Source: a virus (Duplodnaviria > Caudoviricetes). Taken from it: DNA of 24,902 bases. Below the pieces are notes generated by a model. The model was not told where the DNA came from. It was given only the letters and a program-made list of their open reading frames with translations, and searched no databases. Position numbers and translations under genes: made by a program. Within the stretch, counting starts at the first letter, position 1, and every line of letters begins with the position of its first letter. Positions 7,628 to 15,961 of the stretch are shown piece after piece. The stretch covers positions 1 through 24,902 of the IMG/VR virus record IMGVR_UViG_3300032261_000072; one strand, given 5' to 3'.

Positions 7628-7653
7628 AAAGGCGCCCCGCAGGGCGCCTTTTT
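7628..7653 (+). terminator. Intrinsic terminator-like hairpin before capsid gene
   Basis: AAAGGCGCCC-CGCA-GGGCGCCTTT-TT, perfect 10-bp stem. Confidence 0.75.
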
Positions 7654-7674
7654 CATGCCTGAAAGGAACTTGAA

Positions 7675-8676
7675 ATGTCCCAAGCCCAGATGATGACCCT
7701 GCAGGCCGCCGCCGACTACCTCGGCACCGGCGCCATCGAGGTCAACGAATACGAGCCGGTGATCACCGACATCGTCCGCCGCCGCTCGGTGGCCCTCCAG
7801 CGCTTCAAGCAGAAGCCGGCGACCGGCCAGCCGCATCGCTACTTCGAGCAGACCGCCATCGCGACCGGCGCGTTCCAGTCGACGGGCGGCCAGGGCAGCA
7901 CGGCGATCAGCCCGAGCCCGGCGTCCCCGACTCGTGTCGAGCGCTCGGCCTTCATCAAGGCCTGCGTGAACCAGTCGAACATCGCCCTGTTCGACAAGAT
8001 GGTGACGCAGCAGCAGAAGCGCTTCGCTGGCGTCGTCGCCCAGGACATCGAGGACATCGTGAACGGCGTAAACGTCGCCCGCGCCTCGAACGTCTGGAAC
8101 GGCAACGACACCAGCCTTTCGAGCCCGACCACGGTGCAGTACATGGGCCTGCTGTCGCAGATCACCCTGCAGGCGACCATCGCCCCGGGCGCGTCGATCA
8201 TCGACGGCCTGAAGGCGGAAGTCGCGGCGATCGTGGGCAACCCGCTCTACACCGCCAAGCCCAGCGCGATCTACGTCAACCCGATCCTGGGCGACTACAT
8301 CGATCGCGAGGCCAAGGCTGGCCAGATCACCCTGACCGAAGTCGAGGTCGTCTCGGGCGTGGTCGTCAAGGCACTGTCGACGCAGGCCGGCATCCTGCCG
8401 ATCATCGGCGACGCGTTCCTGCCCGCTGCCACGGGTGCGCTGTACGGCTTCTCGGCGCCGCCGGCGGGCAACAAGAACTACTTCGCCGCGATCCTCATGG
8501 AGGAACTGGTGGAGATGCCCTACGTCTCGGGCGAGACCGACAACCCGAACCCCATGCTGTTCCAACTCGGCCTGACCGGCAACCTGTCGGGCCAGTTCGT
8601 CAGCGTGATGTTCGACGCGATCATCGCCAAGGGCGCGAGCTACGCGCAAGCCGTCGTCTGCGTGCAGCGGCCGTAA
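7675..8676 (+). CDS. Major capsid protein
   Basis: 333 aa after protease/scaffold; strong codon bias; RBS AAAGGA; QYMGLLSQIT and PSAIYVNP segments resembling HK97-fold capsids. Confidence 0.85.
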   Translation: MSQAQMMTLQAAADYLGTGAIEVNEYEPVITDIVRRRSVALQRFKQKPATGQPHRYFEQTAIATGAFQSTGGQGSTAISPSPASPTRVERSAFIKACVNQSNIALFDKMVTQQQKRFAGVVAQDIEDIVNGVNVARASNVWNGNDTSLSSPTTVQYMGLLSQITLQATIAPGASIIDGLKAEVAAIVGNPLYTAKPSAIYVNPILGDYIDREAKAGQITLTEVEVVSGVVVKALSTQAGILPIIGDAFLPAATGALYGFSAPPAGNKNYFAAILMEELVEMPYVSGETDNPNPMLFQLGLTGNLSGQFVSVMFDAIIAKGASYAQAVVCVQRP

Positions 8677-8927
8677 TGCGCGTCTACCGACCGCAAGACG
8701 CGGATGTTCCGCGTCAACGGCTCTACGTCCAGCCGGGCCGCGAGTTTCCGAACTCGGACTGGCTGGACGCGGAAGGCGCGCCACGGATGTTCACCGTGGA
8801 ATTCAGCGCCGGGGTCGCCGAGGTGCCCGACAACCTCGGCCAGTACATGATCGACCGGGAGCTGGCCCAGAGTTCGCCTCTGATCCTGCCGCCTGGCGCC
8901 GCATTGCGAGGCACCAGCCATGCTTGA
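8676..8927 (+). CDS. Small hypothetical protein after capsid
   Basis: TAATG coupling; FTVEFSAGVAEVPDNLGQYMIDRELA. Confidence 0.75.
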   Translation: MRVYRPQDADVPRQRLYVQPGREFPNSDWLDAEGAPRMFTVEFSAGVAEVPDNLGQYMIDRELAQSSPLILPPGAALRGTSHA

Positions 8928-9282
8928 AACCTCCCAGGCACTCACCCACGGCGCGGTCGACGCGGGCCCGTTGGTGCAGGCGTTCCTGACCGCGACGCAG
9001 CTCGGCCTGACGGTGCCGGGCACGAGCCCGCTGATCCTCGCTGGCGGATATCCCCGGATGGCCATCGGTGCGCAGAACACGGTGGCGGGCAACATCACCG
9101 TGCAGCGCTACCTCGACGCCGCGGGCACGATCCCGCAGGGGCCGGCTCTGACCCAGGCGCTGACCGCCAACACCGCCGGCGTCCTCAACGTCACCGACGG
9201 CCTGCCGTTCCAGTCGTTCACCGTCGCCATCAGCGGCGCGGGCACGCTGTCGAACGTCGGCCTGCTGTTCTCCAGCCGCTAA
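8920..9282 (+). CDS. Beta-rich hypothetical virion protein (possible decoration)
   Basis: RBS GAGG; overlaps previous stop; T/G/A-rich beta pattern. Confidence 0.7.
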   Translation: MLETSQALTHGAVDAGPLVQAFLTATQLGLTVPGTSPLILAGGYPRMAIGAQNTVAGNITVQRYLDAAGTIPQGPALTQALTANTAGVLNVTDGLPFQSFTVAISGAGTLSNVGLLFSSR

Positions 9283-10209
9283 ATGCCCGCGCTTTACCTG
9301 CAGTCTGGTGACCTGGCCGCCTTCGGCGTTCCGAACGCCACTGCCGCCCAGATCCAGCAGGCGAGCGGCCAGATCGACGTCTACCTGCAGCGCCCTGAAG
9401 GGCTGCTGTGGGCGCCTGACGCCAATGGCGCGCCAGCCTACATGGCCGGCCTGAGCCCGTCGCTCTCGTTCGCGCTCGTGGGCGCGATCGTGCCCGGGCA
9501 GAACGTCGTCGTGCAGCTGAGCGGCGCCGTCGCTCAACTGCAGGTCGGCGCCGTCCTGATCGCGGACATCGTGACGCCGGCGGCGACCGAGGCCCTGGTG
9601 GTCCAGGCCATCAACGGCAACTCGGTGACCTTCGCCAACGTGCAGTTCGCGCATGCCGCGGCCGCAGTGCTGGCCGCCGGCCTGACCATCGTCGAGCAGA
9701 AGACGATGCCGGAGAACCGGCCCATCACCATGGTGTCGCGCACGCCGGTGATGGGCGTCCTGTCGGGCGTTGGCCGCTATGGCTACATGCGCCGCGGTTC
9801 GGATGCGGTTGGCTCGATCGATACCTACAACCTGCTGGCCGTCATGTCCAAGTTCGGCGGCCCGCCGGCCTGGGAGCAGTGGACGCCGCAGGCCAACAGC
9901 ATCGACCCGCAGACGGGCACCGTGTGGGTTCCGGCCGGCGTGCTGCTGGCCTACTACACCGAGGTGCGGATGCACTACGTGGCCGGCTGGAACTACGCCA
10001 GCCTGCCCGCCCAGATCAAACAGGCCTGCGCGAACATCGTCAACGCGATCATCGCGACCTCCGGGATGCCGGGCACCATGGAGAAGATCCAAGCCGGCGA
10101 CACCTCGATGCAGCGCTTCGCGCGCCAGCCGGGTGTGCTGTCCAGCCTGATCCTCGACGACGACACCAAGGCGCTGCTGCAACCGTTCCGCGCCATGGTG
10201 TTCGCATGA
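9283..10209 (+). CDS. Head-tail adaptor/connector-like protein with inserted domains
   Basis: IQQASGQIDVYL N-terminal helix and YVAGWNYASLPAQIKQACANIV C-terminal motif typical of gp6/gp15-type adaptors; position. Confidence 0.7.
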   Translation: MPALYLQSGDLAAFGVPNATAAQIQQASGQIDVYLQRPEGLLWAPDANGAPAYMAGLSPSLSFALVGAIVPGQNVVVQLSGAVAQLQVGAVLIADIVTPAATEALVVQAINGNSVTFANVQFAHAAAAVLAAGLTIVEQKTMPENRPITMVSRTPVMGVLSGVGRYGYMRRGSDAVGSIDTYNLLAVMSKFGGPPAWEQWTPQANSIDPQTGTVWVPAGVLLAYYTEVRMHYVAGWNYASLPAQIKQACANIVNAIIATSGMPGTMEKIQAGDTSMQRFARQPGVLSSLILDDDTKALLQPFRAMVFA

Positions 10210-10553
10210 GCTTCATCTACCCGCGAACCATCGCTGTCACGCGCCCCGCGGCGCAGGCTGGCGTCGGCCCGATCGGCTACGGCGGCGAGACCATCGCGAC
10301 CGAGACGGCCGTGGTTTCAGGCATCGCAGCGTCGATCCAGATCTCGAGCGGGCGCGGCATTCCTCCGACCGGGCTGCCCGGCGATGCCAAGCGCACCTTC
10401 TGGAATGTGCTGATCCAGCTCGGCGCCGTCGCCAATGGAGTCATCGAGACGCGCGACATCGTGACCGACGACCTGGGCGTTCGCTATCAGGTCGCGGCGC
10501 CTTACTGGAACTCGCTCGGCTACCAACTGCTGGTTGAGCGTCTGGAGGCCTGA
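10206..10553 (+). CDS. Probable head-closure protein (115 aa, MSFIYPRTIAVTRP...)
   Basis: ATGA overlap at 10206-10209; IETRDIVTDDLGVRYQV resembles stopper proteins; the ORF-track 5' extension from 9879 is spurious. Confidence 0.65.
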   Translation: MSFIYPRTIAVTRPAAQAGVGPIGYGGETIATETAVVSGIAASIQISSGRGIPPTGLPGDAKRTFWNVLIQLGAVANGVIETRDIVTDDLGVRYQVAAPYWNSLGYQLLVERLEA

Positions 10554-10554
10554 C

Positions 10555-11418
10555 ATGGCCGACCTGAGCGACGTCCTTGGCGCCCTTGTGACCTCGGTCG
10601 CCGGCGTGCTGTACCCGAACGGAACCGGCAATCCTTCGGTGACCGGCTTCGGCGTCAAGATCTACGCCGGTTGGCCGAACCCCGACACCCTCGAAGCCGA
10701 CATGCGCGCGGCGCCCGCGGTCGGCCACGTTTCGATCTTCCCGCGCCCCGACGAGAAGAACAGCACTCGCTTCCCGCCGACCTGGCAGACGACTGCCGTG
10801 AATACGGCCACGCTGACCATGACGGCCGCCGGTCAGACGGTGACGGTCGGCGGCGTGGTGCCGGCAGCGGGCAACCCGCACATCGTGGCGGTGCTGGCCA
10901 ACGGGAAGCCCTACGTCTACTCCGTGCTGGCGACCGACACGCTGGCCAGCATTGCCGCCGCGCTCGCCGCGCTGATCGCCGTCGACATCGCCGGCACCTC
11001 AGCTGCAGGCGCGATCATCACGCTGCCGAACTCGGCTCGACTTCTTGGCGCCCGCGTTGGCGTCACCGGCACCGCCGCTCGCGAGGTTCGTCGGCAGGAA
11101 CGACTCTTCCAGATCAGCTGCTGGGCCAGCACGCCAGCCAATCGCGACAGTCTGGTGCAGCCAATCGACGCCGCGCTGGCGTTTCAGACGTTCCTGACGA
11201 TGCCCGATGGCTTCGGGGCGCGGCTTCGCTACAAGTCCTCGGCGATGTTGGACGAGATGCAGAAGGACGGCGTCTACCGCCGCGACCTGTTCTATACGGT
11301 CGAGTACGCGACGACCCAGACCGAGACCGAGACGCAGATCACGCAGGCCCAGGTCAACGACGCCGCGGCGGTCGCCGGCGTGCTGCCGTACGTCGCGACG
11401 ACCACCACCTACTTCTGA
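10555..11418 (+). CDS. Probable tail-completion/terminator protein with internal insertion (287 aa)
   Basis: RBS GGAGG before ATG 10555; KIYAGWP, FQISCWAST, YRRDLFYTVEY; position before sheath. Confidence 0.6.
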   Translation: MADLSDVLGALVTSVAGVLYPNGTGNPSVTGFGVKIYAGWPNPDTLEADMRAAPAVGHVSIFPRPDEKNSTRFPPTWQTTAVNTATLTMTAAGQTVTVGGVVPAAGNPHIVAVLANGKPYVYSVLATDTLASIAAALAALIAVDIAGTSAAGAIITLPNSARLLGARVGVTGTAAREVRRQERLFQISCWASTPANRDSLVQPIDAALAFQTFLTMPDGFGARLRYKSSAMLDEMQKDGVYRRDLFYTVEYATTQTETETQITQAQVNDAAAVAGVLPYVATTTTYF

Positions 11419-11430
11419 AGAGCCTAGTTC

Positions 11431-13101
11431 ATGACGCAGACCACTCTCGCGGTCAAGGACGCGAACAACTCGACGCAGTCGCTTTCGACTGTCACCGACC
11501 CGACCAACAGCGGCGCCCAGATGGGCGTTGCGACGATGGCCGATCCCGTCACCGGCAACAAGGCCAACATCGCGGCCTTCCATACCGCCGACAACCAGCA
11601 GCCCGGCGGCACCGCCTACGGCATCCTGGCCGGCGGCGTGGCGCAACTACTCAATGTCGCGGGCAACCTCGACCGCCAGCGCTCGACCGGCATCGATGGC
11701 GTCCCCAGCGTGGGCATTCCCGCTGGCGCGGCGTCGTTCGCGATGTCGTTCAAGACGTCGATCGCCTCGGCGATCACGCTCAACGCCTCGCCGCAGACCG
11801 TCACGCCTGCGGCCATGTCCGGCACCGTGGGTGGCGTGCCCTGGTCGATCCAGACCGGCGGCGTCGTCATCGTCGACAGCGGCGGCAACCAAGAAGCGAT
11901 CTACGTCACGGCGGTGACCGGCACGACCTTCACCGGCATCTTCACGAAGAACCACTCGTCCAACGTCGTGGTGCGCGGCTTCGTGTTCAACCAGGAGCGC
12001 GACGCTGCTGGCGAGGCCGACGGCGCGACTGGCATCGGCACGGCCGTGGCCGCCGAGTATGAGTTCAACGGCGGCGCGCCCGGCGGTGGAAACTTCGACC
12101 GCGCCCGCAGCCTGCAGGCCAAGGGCAAGACCACCGCGACCATCTCGGCCGGCGGTGGCAGTGGCAGCACGTCGCTGACAATCAGCGCGGCCGGTACGCT
12201 CAAGGCCGGGACGCAGGTGCTGCTGTACAAGGCAGCGAACTTCCCGAGCGCGGGCTACTTCGAAACGGCCTACGTCGACTTCAGCTACACCGAAGGCTCG
12301 ACCACCGTCCCGCTGGCCTCTGCGATCGTCAACGCGGTCACCTACGACACGATCGCCTACGATTCCTTCTCGGCCACCGGCCCGGGTCTGAATGGCTTTC
12401 TGCCGATCGGCGTGGGCATCGAGGAAGAGGCCCTGTACGACCCGGTCACCGGCCTGTTCTTCATCGAACGCGCCGCCACCGCCGACGCCTGCGCTCCGCA
12501 GAACGTCGTCCTGGAGAACCCGGGCTTGTACAACGGCGCAACCATCGACCGCGCGCGCTCGGCGCCCGGCGCGCTCGGCGCGGCGCTGGTGAGCTCGGAC
12601 GGCGCCAAGGCGACATACCGCTACGCCTCGCTGGGCAGTACCCCGGCCGCCACGCCGACCGACCTTCTCACGCTGGCCGGCTCGGGCACGAAGACTGTGC
12701 GGGTCAAGACGATCAAGGTCTCGGGCCTGGCGACCACCGCGGGCCAGATCCCGGTGTCCCTGGTGCGCCGCAGCGCGGTCAACACCGGCGGCACGTCGAC
12801 CAACCCGACCGCCATCAAGCACGACATCAACGATGCCGCGGCGACGGCGGTACTGGCCCTGTACACGGTCAACCCGACCGGCCTGGGTACCGCGGTGGGC
12901 AACGTCGGCGCCAAGCGCCTGTTCCTGAATGTCTCGACGGCCCAGGAAGACCAGGCGGTCTGGGACTTCAGCACCCGCCAGGACAAGGCGCTGGTGCTGC
13001 GCGGCACGACCGACATCCTCGCGCTGAACTTCGGCGGCGCCGCGGTGCCCGCCGGCGGCGTCCTGGACTTCGAAATCGAGTGGGAAGAGGACAACAGCTA
13101 A
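11431..13101 (+). CDS. Accessory T/G/A-rich virion protein (fibre/collar/decoration-like, 556 aa)
   Basis: Long GC3-rich ORF, beta-rich, repeated DRxRS motifs; inside morphogenesis operon. Confidence 0.75.
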   Translation: MTQTTLAVKDANNSTQSLSTVTDPTNSGAQMGVATMADPVTGNKANIAAFHTADNQQPGGTAYGILAGGVAQLLNVAGNLDRQRSTGIDGVPSVGIPAGAASFAMSFKTSIASAITLNASPQTVTPAAMSGTVGGVPWSIQTGGVVIVDSGGNQEAIYVTAVTGTTFTGIFTKNHSSNVVVRGFVFNQERDAAGEADGATGIGTAVAAEYEFNGGAPGGGNFDRARSLQAKGKTTATISAGGGSGSTSLTISAAGTLKAGTQVLLYKAANFPSAGYFETAYVDFSYTEGSTTVPLASAIVNAVTYDTIAYDSFSATGPGLNGFLPIGVGIEEEALYDPVTGLFFIERAATADACAPQNVVLENPGLYNGATIDRARSAPGALGAALVSSDGAKATYRYASLGSTPAATPTDLLTLAGSGTKTVRVKTIKVSGLATTAGQIPVSLVRRSAVNTGGTSTNPTAIKHDINDAAATAVLALYTVNPTGLGTAVGNVGAKRLFLNVSTAQEDQAVWDFSTRQDKALVLRGTTDILALNFGGAAVPAGGVLDFEIEWEEDNS

Positions 13102-13170
13102 CCAGCTGACACCCTCCAGGGCGGTCCATGCGGCCGCCTCGATCGCTACCACCTACGAATGAGGAACGAC

Positions 13171-13335
13171 ATGCAACACCTGATCGTCACCAACGACTTC
13201 GGCGACTACAAGCGCGGCGACCGCATCACCGATCAAAAGGTGATCGACGAGATCCGGGCGGGCCAAAACGCATCGAACGTCGTGCCGGTGGTCGTCGCCG
13301 ATGAATCTGCGCCGGATCTGCAGACCAAGAACTGA
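13171..13335 (+). CDS. Small pre-sheath protein (54 aa, MQHLIVTNDFGDYKRGDRITD...), absent from ORF track
   Basis: RBS GAGGA 13161-13165; ATG 13171, TGA 13333-13335; GC3-rich. Confidence 0.75.
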   Translation: MQHLIVTNDFGDYKRGDRITDQKVIDEIRAGQNASNVVPVVVADESAPDLQTKN

Positions 13336-13356
13336 GCGCAAGCCACCGTACCCATC

Positions 13357-13380
13357 AAGGGCGCCTTCGGGCGCCCTTTT
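13357..13380 (+). terminator. Intrinsic terminator-like hairpin before sheath gene
   Basis: AAGGGCGCC-TTCG-GGCGCCCTT-TT; C(UUCG)G tetraloop. Confidence 0.75.
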
Positions 13381-13399
13381 GCATTTCTAGGAGTCCGAC

Positions 13400-14935
13400 A
13401 TGCCAGTGACCCAACAGGGCCAGATCAACACCACCGCCCTGGTCGTCCCCGACCTGTACGTCCAGATCGTCCCGCCGCAGACGCAGTACCTGAATGGCGT
13501 GCCGACCAACATCCTGGGCATCGTCGGCACCGCATCGTGGGGCCCGACCAACAGCCCGACCACCGTGGGCAACATGGCGCAGTTCGGTGCGATCTTCTCG
13601 AGCATCAACGCCCGGAAGTACGACCTGGGCACCCAGGTGGCCACGGCCATCCAGCAGGGCGCCAACAACATCAAGGTCGTGCGCGTCACCGACGGCACCG
13701 ACACGGCGGCCAGTGTGGCCGTGCTGACGAACTGCATCACGTTCACGAGCAAGTACACCGGCACGTTCGGCAACCAGATCCAGGTCACGGTCTCGCCTGG
13801 CTCGCAGACCGGCACCTTCAAGGTGGTCGTGGGTGCGCCGGGCCTTGTGCCCGAGGCCTTCGACAACATCGGCAATGGCCTGAGCGGCAATGCCCTGTGG
13901 CTCGCGATCGCCGCGGCCGTCAACAACGGCACCAGCGCGCTGCGCGGCCCGTCGCAGATCGTGGTCGCGTCCGCCGGCGCTGGCACCACCGCCCCGGCTT
14001 CGGCGACCTACAGCCTGACCGGCGGCACGGATGGCGCTACGACCATCACCGGCTCCGTGCTCGTCGGCGTCGACACTGTTCCCCGCAAGGGCATGTACGC
14101 CCTGCGCAACACCGGCGCGAGCGTCGCGATCCTGGCCGACTGCGACGACAACACGACCTGGGCGACGCAGGTGACCTTCGGCCTGTCCGAGGGCATCTAC
14201 ATGATCATGACGGGGCCGTCGGGCGACAGCATCTCGAATGCGGTCACCACGAAGTCGACGGCCGGCATCGACAGCTACGCCGCCAAGCTGTGCTTCGGCG
14301 ACTGGGTGTACTGGCTCGACACCTACAACAACGTGCTGCGCGTCGTGAGCCCGCAGGGCTTCTTCGGCGGCCTGCTGGTCAACCTGTCGCCCCAGAACAG
14401 CACGCTGAACAAGCAGATGCAGGGCATCGTCGGCACGCAGAAGAGCTACTCGAACCAACAATACAGCGCGGCCGAGCTGCAGCAACTCGTGAGCGCGGGC
14501 ATCGACGTCATCACGAACCCGGTGCCGGGCGGCAACTACTTCGGCGCGCGGGTCGGGCACAACTCCAGCTCGAACCCGATGATCAACGGGGACAACTACA
14601 CCCGGATGACGAACTACATCGCCTACACGATCAATGCGGGCATGGGCAAGTTCGTCGGCCTGTTGCAGAGCGCCACGGTGCGCAGCCAAGCGGCGGCGAC
14701 GCTGAGCTCGTTCTTCTCGAACCTGCAGCAGCAGGGAATGATCGGCGACCCCAACGGCGGCGCGGCGTTCAGCGTCCAGGTCGATGCGAACAACAACCCC
14801 AGCTCGCGCGTCGCGCTCGGCTACCTGCAGGCCGACGTGAAGGTCAAGTACCTGGCGGTGATCGAGAAGTTCCTGATAAATGTTGAAGGTGGTACTTCGG
14901 TTCAGATCCAGAAGCAGCAGACCCAGCTGGCGTGA
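13400..14935 (+). CDS. Tail sheath protein
   Basis: PDLYVQI, GIVGTASWGP, LTGGTDG, C-terminal LQADVKVKYLAVIEKFLINV; RBS AGGAG; 511 aa. Confidence 0.93.
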   Translation: MPVTQQGQINTTALVVPDLYVQIVPPQTQYLNGVPTNILGIVGTASWGPTNSPTTVGNMAQFGAIFSSINARKYDLGTQVATAIQQGANNIKVVRVTDGTDTAASVAVLTNCITFTSKYTGTFGNQIQVTVSPGSQTGTFKVVVGAPGLVPEAFDNIGNGLSGNALWLAIAAAVNNGTSALRGPSQIVVASAGAGTTAPASATYSLTGGTDGATTITGSVLVGVDTVPRKGMYALRNTGASVAILADCDDNTTWATQVTFGLSEGIYMIMTGPSGDSISNAVTTKSTAGIDSYAAKLCFGDWVYWLDTYNNVLRVVSPQGFFGGLLVNLSPQNSTLNKQMQGIVGTQKSYSNQQYSAAELQQLVSAGIDVITNPVPGGNYFGARVGHNSSSNPMINGDNYTRMTNYIAYTINAGMGKFVGLLQSATVRSQAAATLSSFFSNLQQQGMIGDPNGGAAFSVQVDANNNPSSRVALGYLQADVKVKYLAVIEKFLINVEGGTSVQIQKQQTQLA

Positions 14936-15537
14936 AGGTCTGCAATCTGTGCGGTGCCGAGAAGCTGCTCTCTGAATTTCATCGGCACAAGTCCTACAAG
15001 GACGGTCATCGGTCGCAGTGCAAGGCGTGCCTCAAAGCGCGCCCGAAGACAGATGAACAGAAGGCGAGTCACGTTCGCAACGTGCTCGCCTCCAGGGCGC
15101 GAAATCTCGAGAAGGCGCGCGCCTATCAATCGGGCTATCGCGCGAAGCATCGCGATCAGCTCAATGCGAAGTCGACGCTGTGGCGCAAGCAGCATGCCGA
15201 AGCTCATCGATCGCTTGTCTCTGCCTGGAGTCGTGCGAACCCGGGCGCTAACGCCGTCTACCTCAGTCGCCGCAGGGCCAGAAAGATGGGGAATGGCGGC
15301 AGCCACACCGATGCCGAGTGGCGAGAACGGGTCGCCTATTTCAACGCGTGTTGCGCCTACTGCCTTACCCACGAATCCGAGTGTGGCCCGCTGACGCGGG
15401 ATCACTTCACTGCGCTCGCGATTGGCGGCTCAGACGGCATCGAAAACATCGTCCCGGCCTGCGCGACCTGCAATAGCCGGAAAGGCCCCCGGCCTCTCTT
15501 CAAATTTCTGCAATTGGAGTACACCAAATGCCTGTGA
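14932..15537 (+). CDS. Free-standing HNH endonuclease (homing-type)
   Basis: N-terminal CNLC...CKAC Zn finger, basic linker, CAYC...RDHF...GGSDGIENIVPACATCNSRKG; atypical codon usage; overlaps both neighbours. Confidence 0.92.
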   Translation: MKVCNLCGAEKLLSEFHRHKSYKDGHRSQCKACLKARPKTDEQKASHVRNVLASRARNLEKARAYQSGYRAKHRDQLNAKSTLWRKQHAEAHRSLVSAWSRANPGANAVYLSRRRARKMGNGGSHTDAEWRERVAYFNACCAYCLTHESECGPLTRDHFTALAIGGSDGIENIVPACATCNSRKGPRPLFKFLQLEYTKCL

Positions 15538-15959
15538 ATGGATTTTCCGTCGGCCGCGACGTCACGCTCACCATCGTGACGGCCAGTGGCCCGCTCAACC
15601 TGAACCTGATCACCGGGTTCCACTCGCGCCAGGACACTGCCGAGATCAAGGTCAAGGGCCTGGATGGCATCACGCGCCATGCCCGGTTCTTCGACGGATG
15701 GACCGGCGGCTTCGACATCGAGCGCTCTGACAGCACCGTCGACGACTACTTCGCCCAACTCGAGGCGAACTACTACGCCGGCATCAACGAGCAGCCGGGC
15801 ACGATCACCGAGACGATCACCGAGGCCAATGGCAACGTCACGCAGTACCGGTTCCTGAACGTGCTGCTGAAGTACGACGACGCGGGCAACTGGGCCGGCG
15901 ACCAGACGGTCAAGCAGAAGCTGAGCTTCGTGGCTGCTCAACGCCAAAAGATCGCCTGA
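15528..15959 (+). CDS. Tail tube protein
   Basis: 143 aa beta-rich, between sheath and chaperone; RBS GGAG inside HNH 3' end. Confidence 0.85.
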   Translation: MPVNGFSVGRDVTLTIVTASGPLNLNLITGFHSRQDTAEIKVKGLDGITRHARFFDGWTGGFDIERSDSTVDDYFAQLEANYYAGINEQPGTITETITEANGNVTQYRFLNVLLKYDDAGNWAGDQTVKQKLSFVAAQRQKIA

Positions 15960-15961
15960 TC

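Noticed and set aside
8660-8690. Capsid C-terminal extension by frameshift or read-through
   Set aside because: TAA stop, ordinary TAATG coupling, no slippery heptamer
7015-8784. Long minus-strand ORFs (589 aa here; also 8803-10182, 11647-13152, 13355-14689, 17735-18967 and others)
   Set aside because: Antisense shadows of GC3-biased genes; no motifs or RBS; fully overlap well-supported + genes
13119-13138. Hairpin GGCGGTC-CATGC-GGCCGCC after the 556-aa gene
   Set aside because: No T-tract and modest stem in GC-rich DNA; insufficient support as a terminator
14860-15560. Group I intron or intein carrying the HNH
   Set aside because: Both flanking genes are complete and overlap the HNH ORF, leaving no room for intron core; no intein terminal motifs
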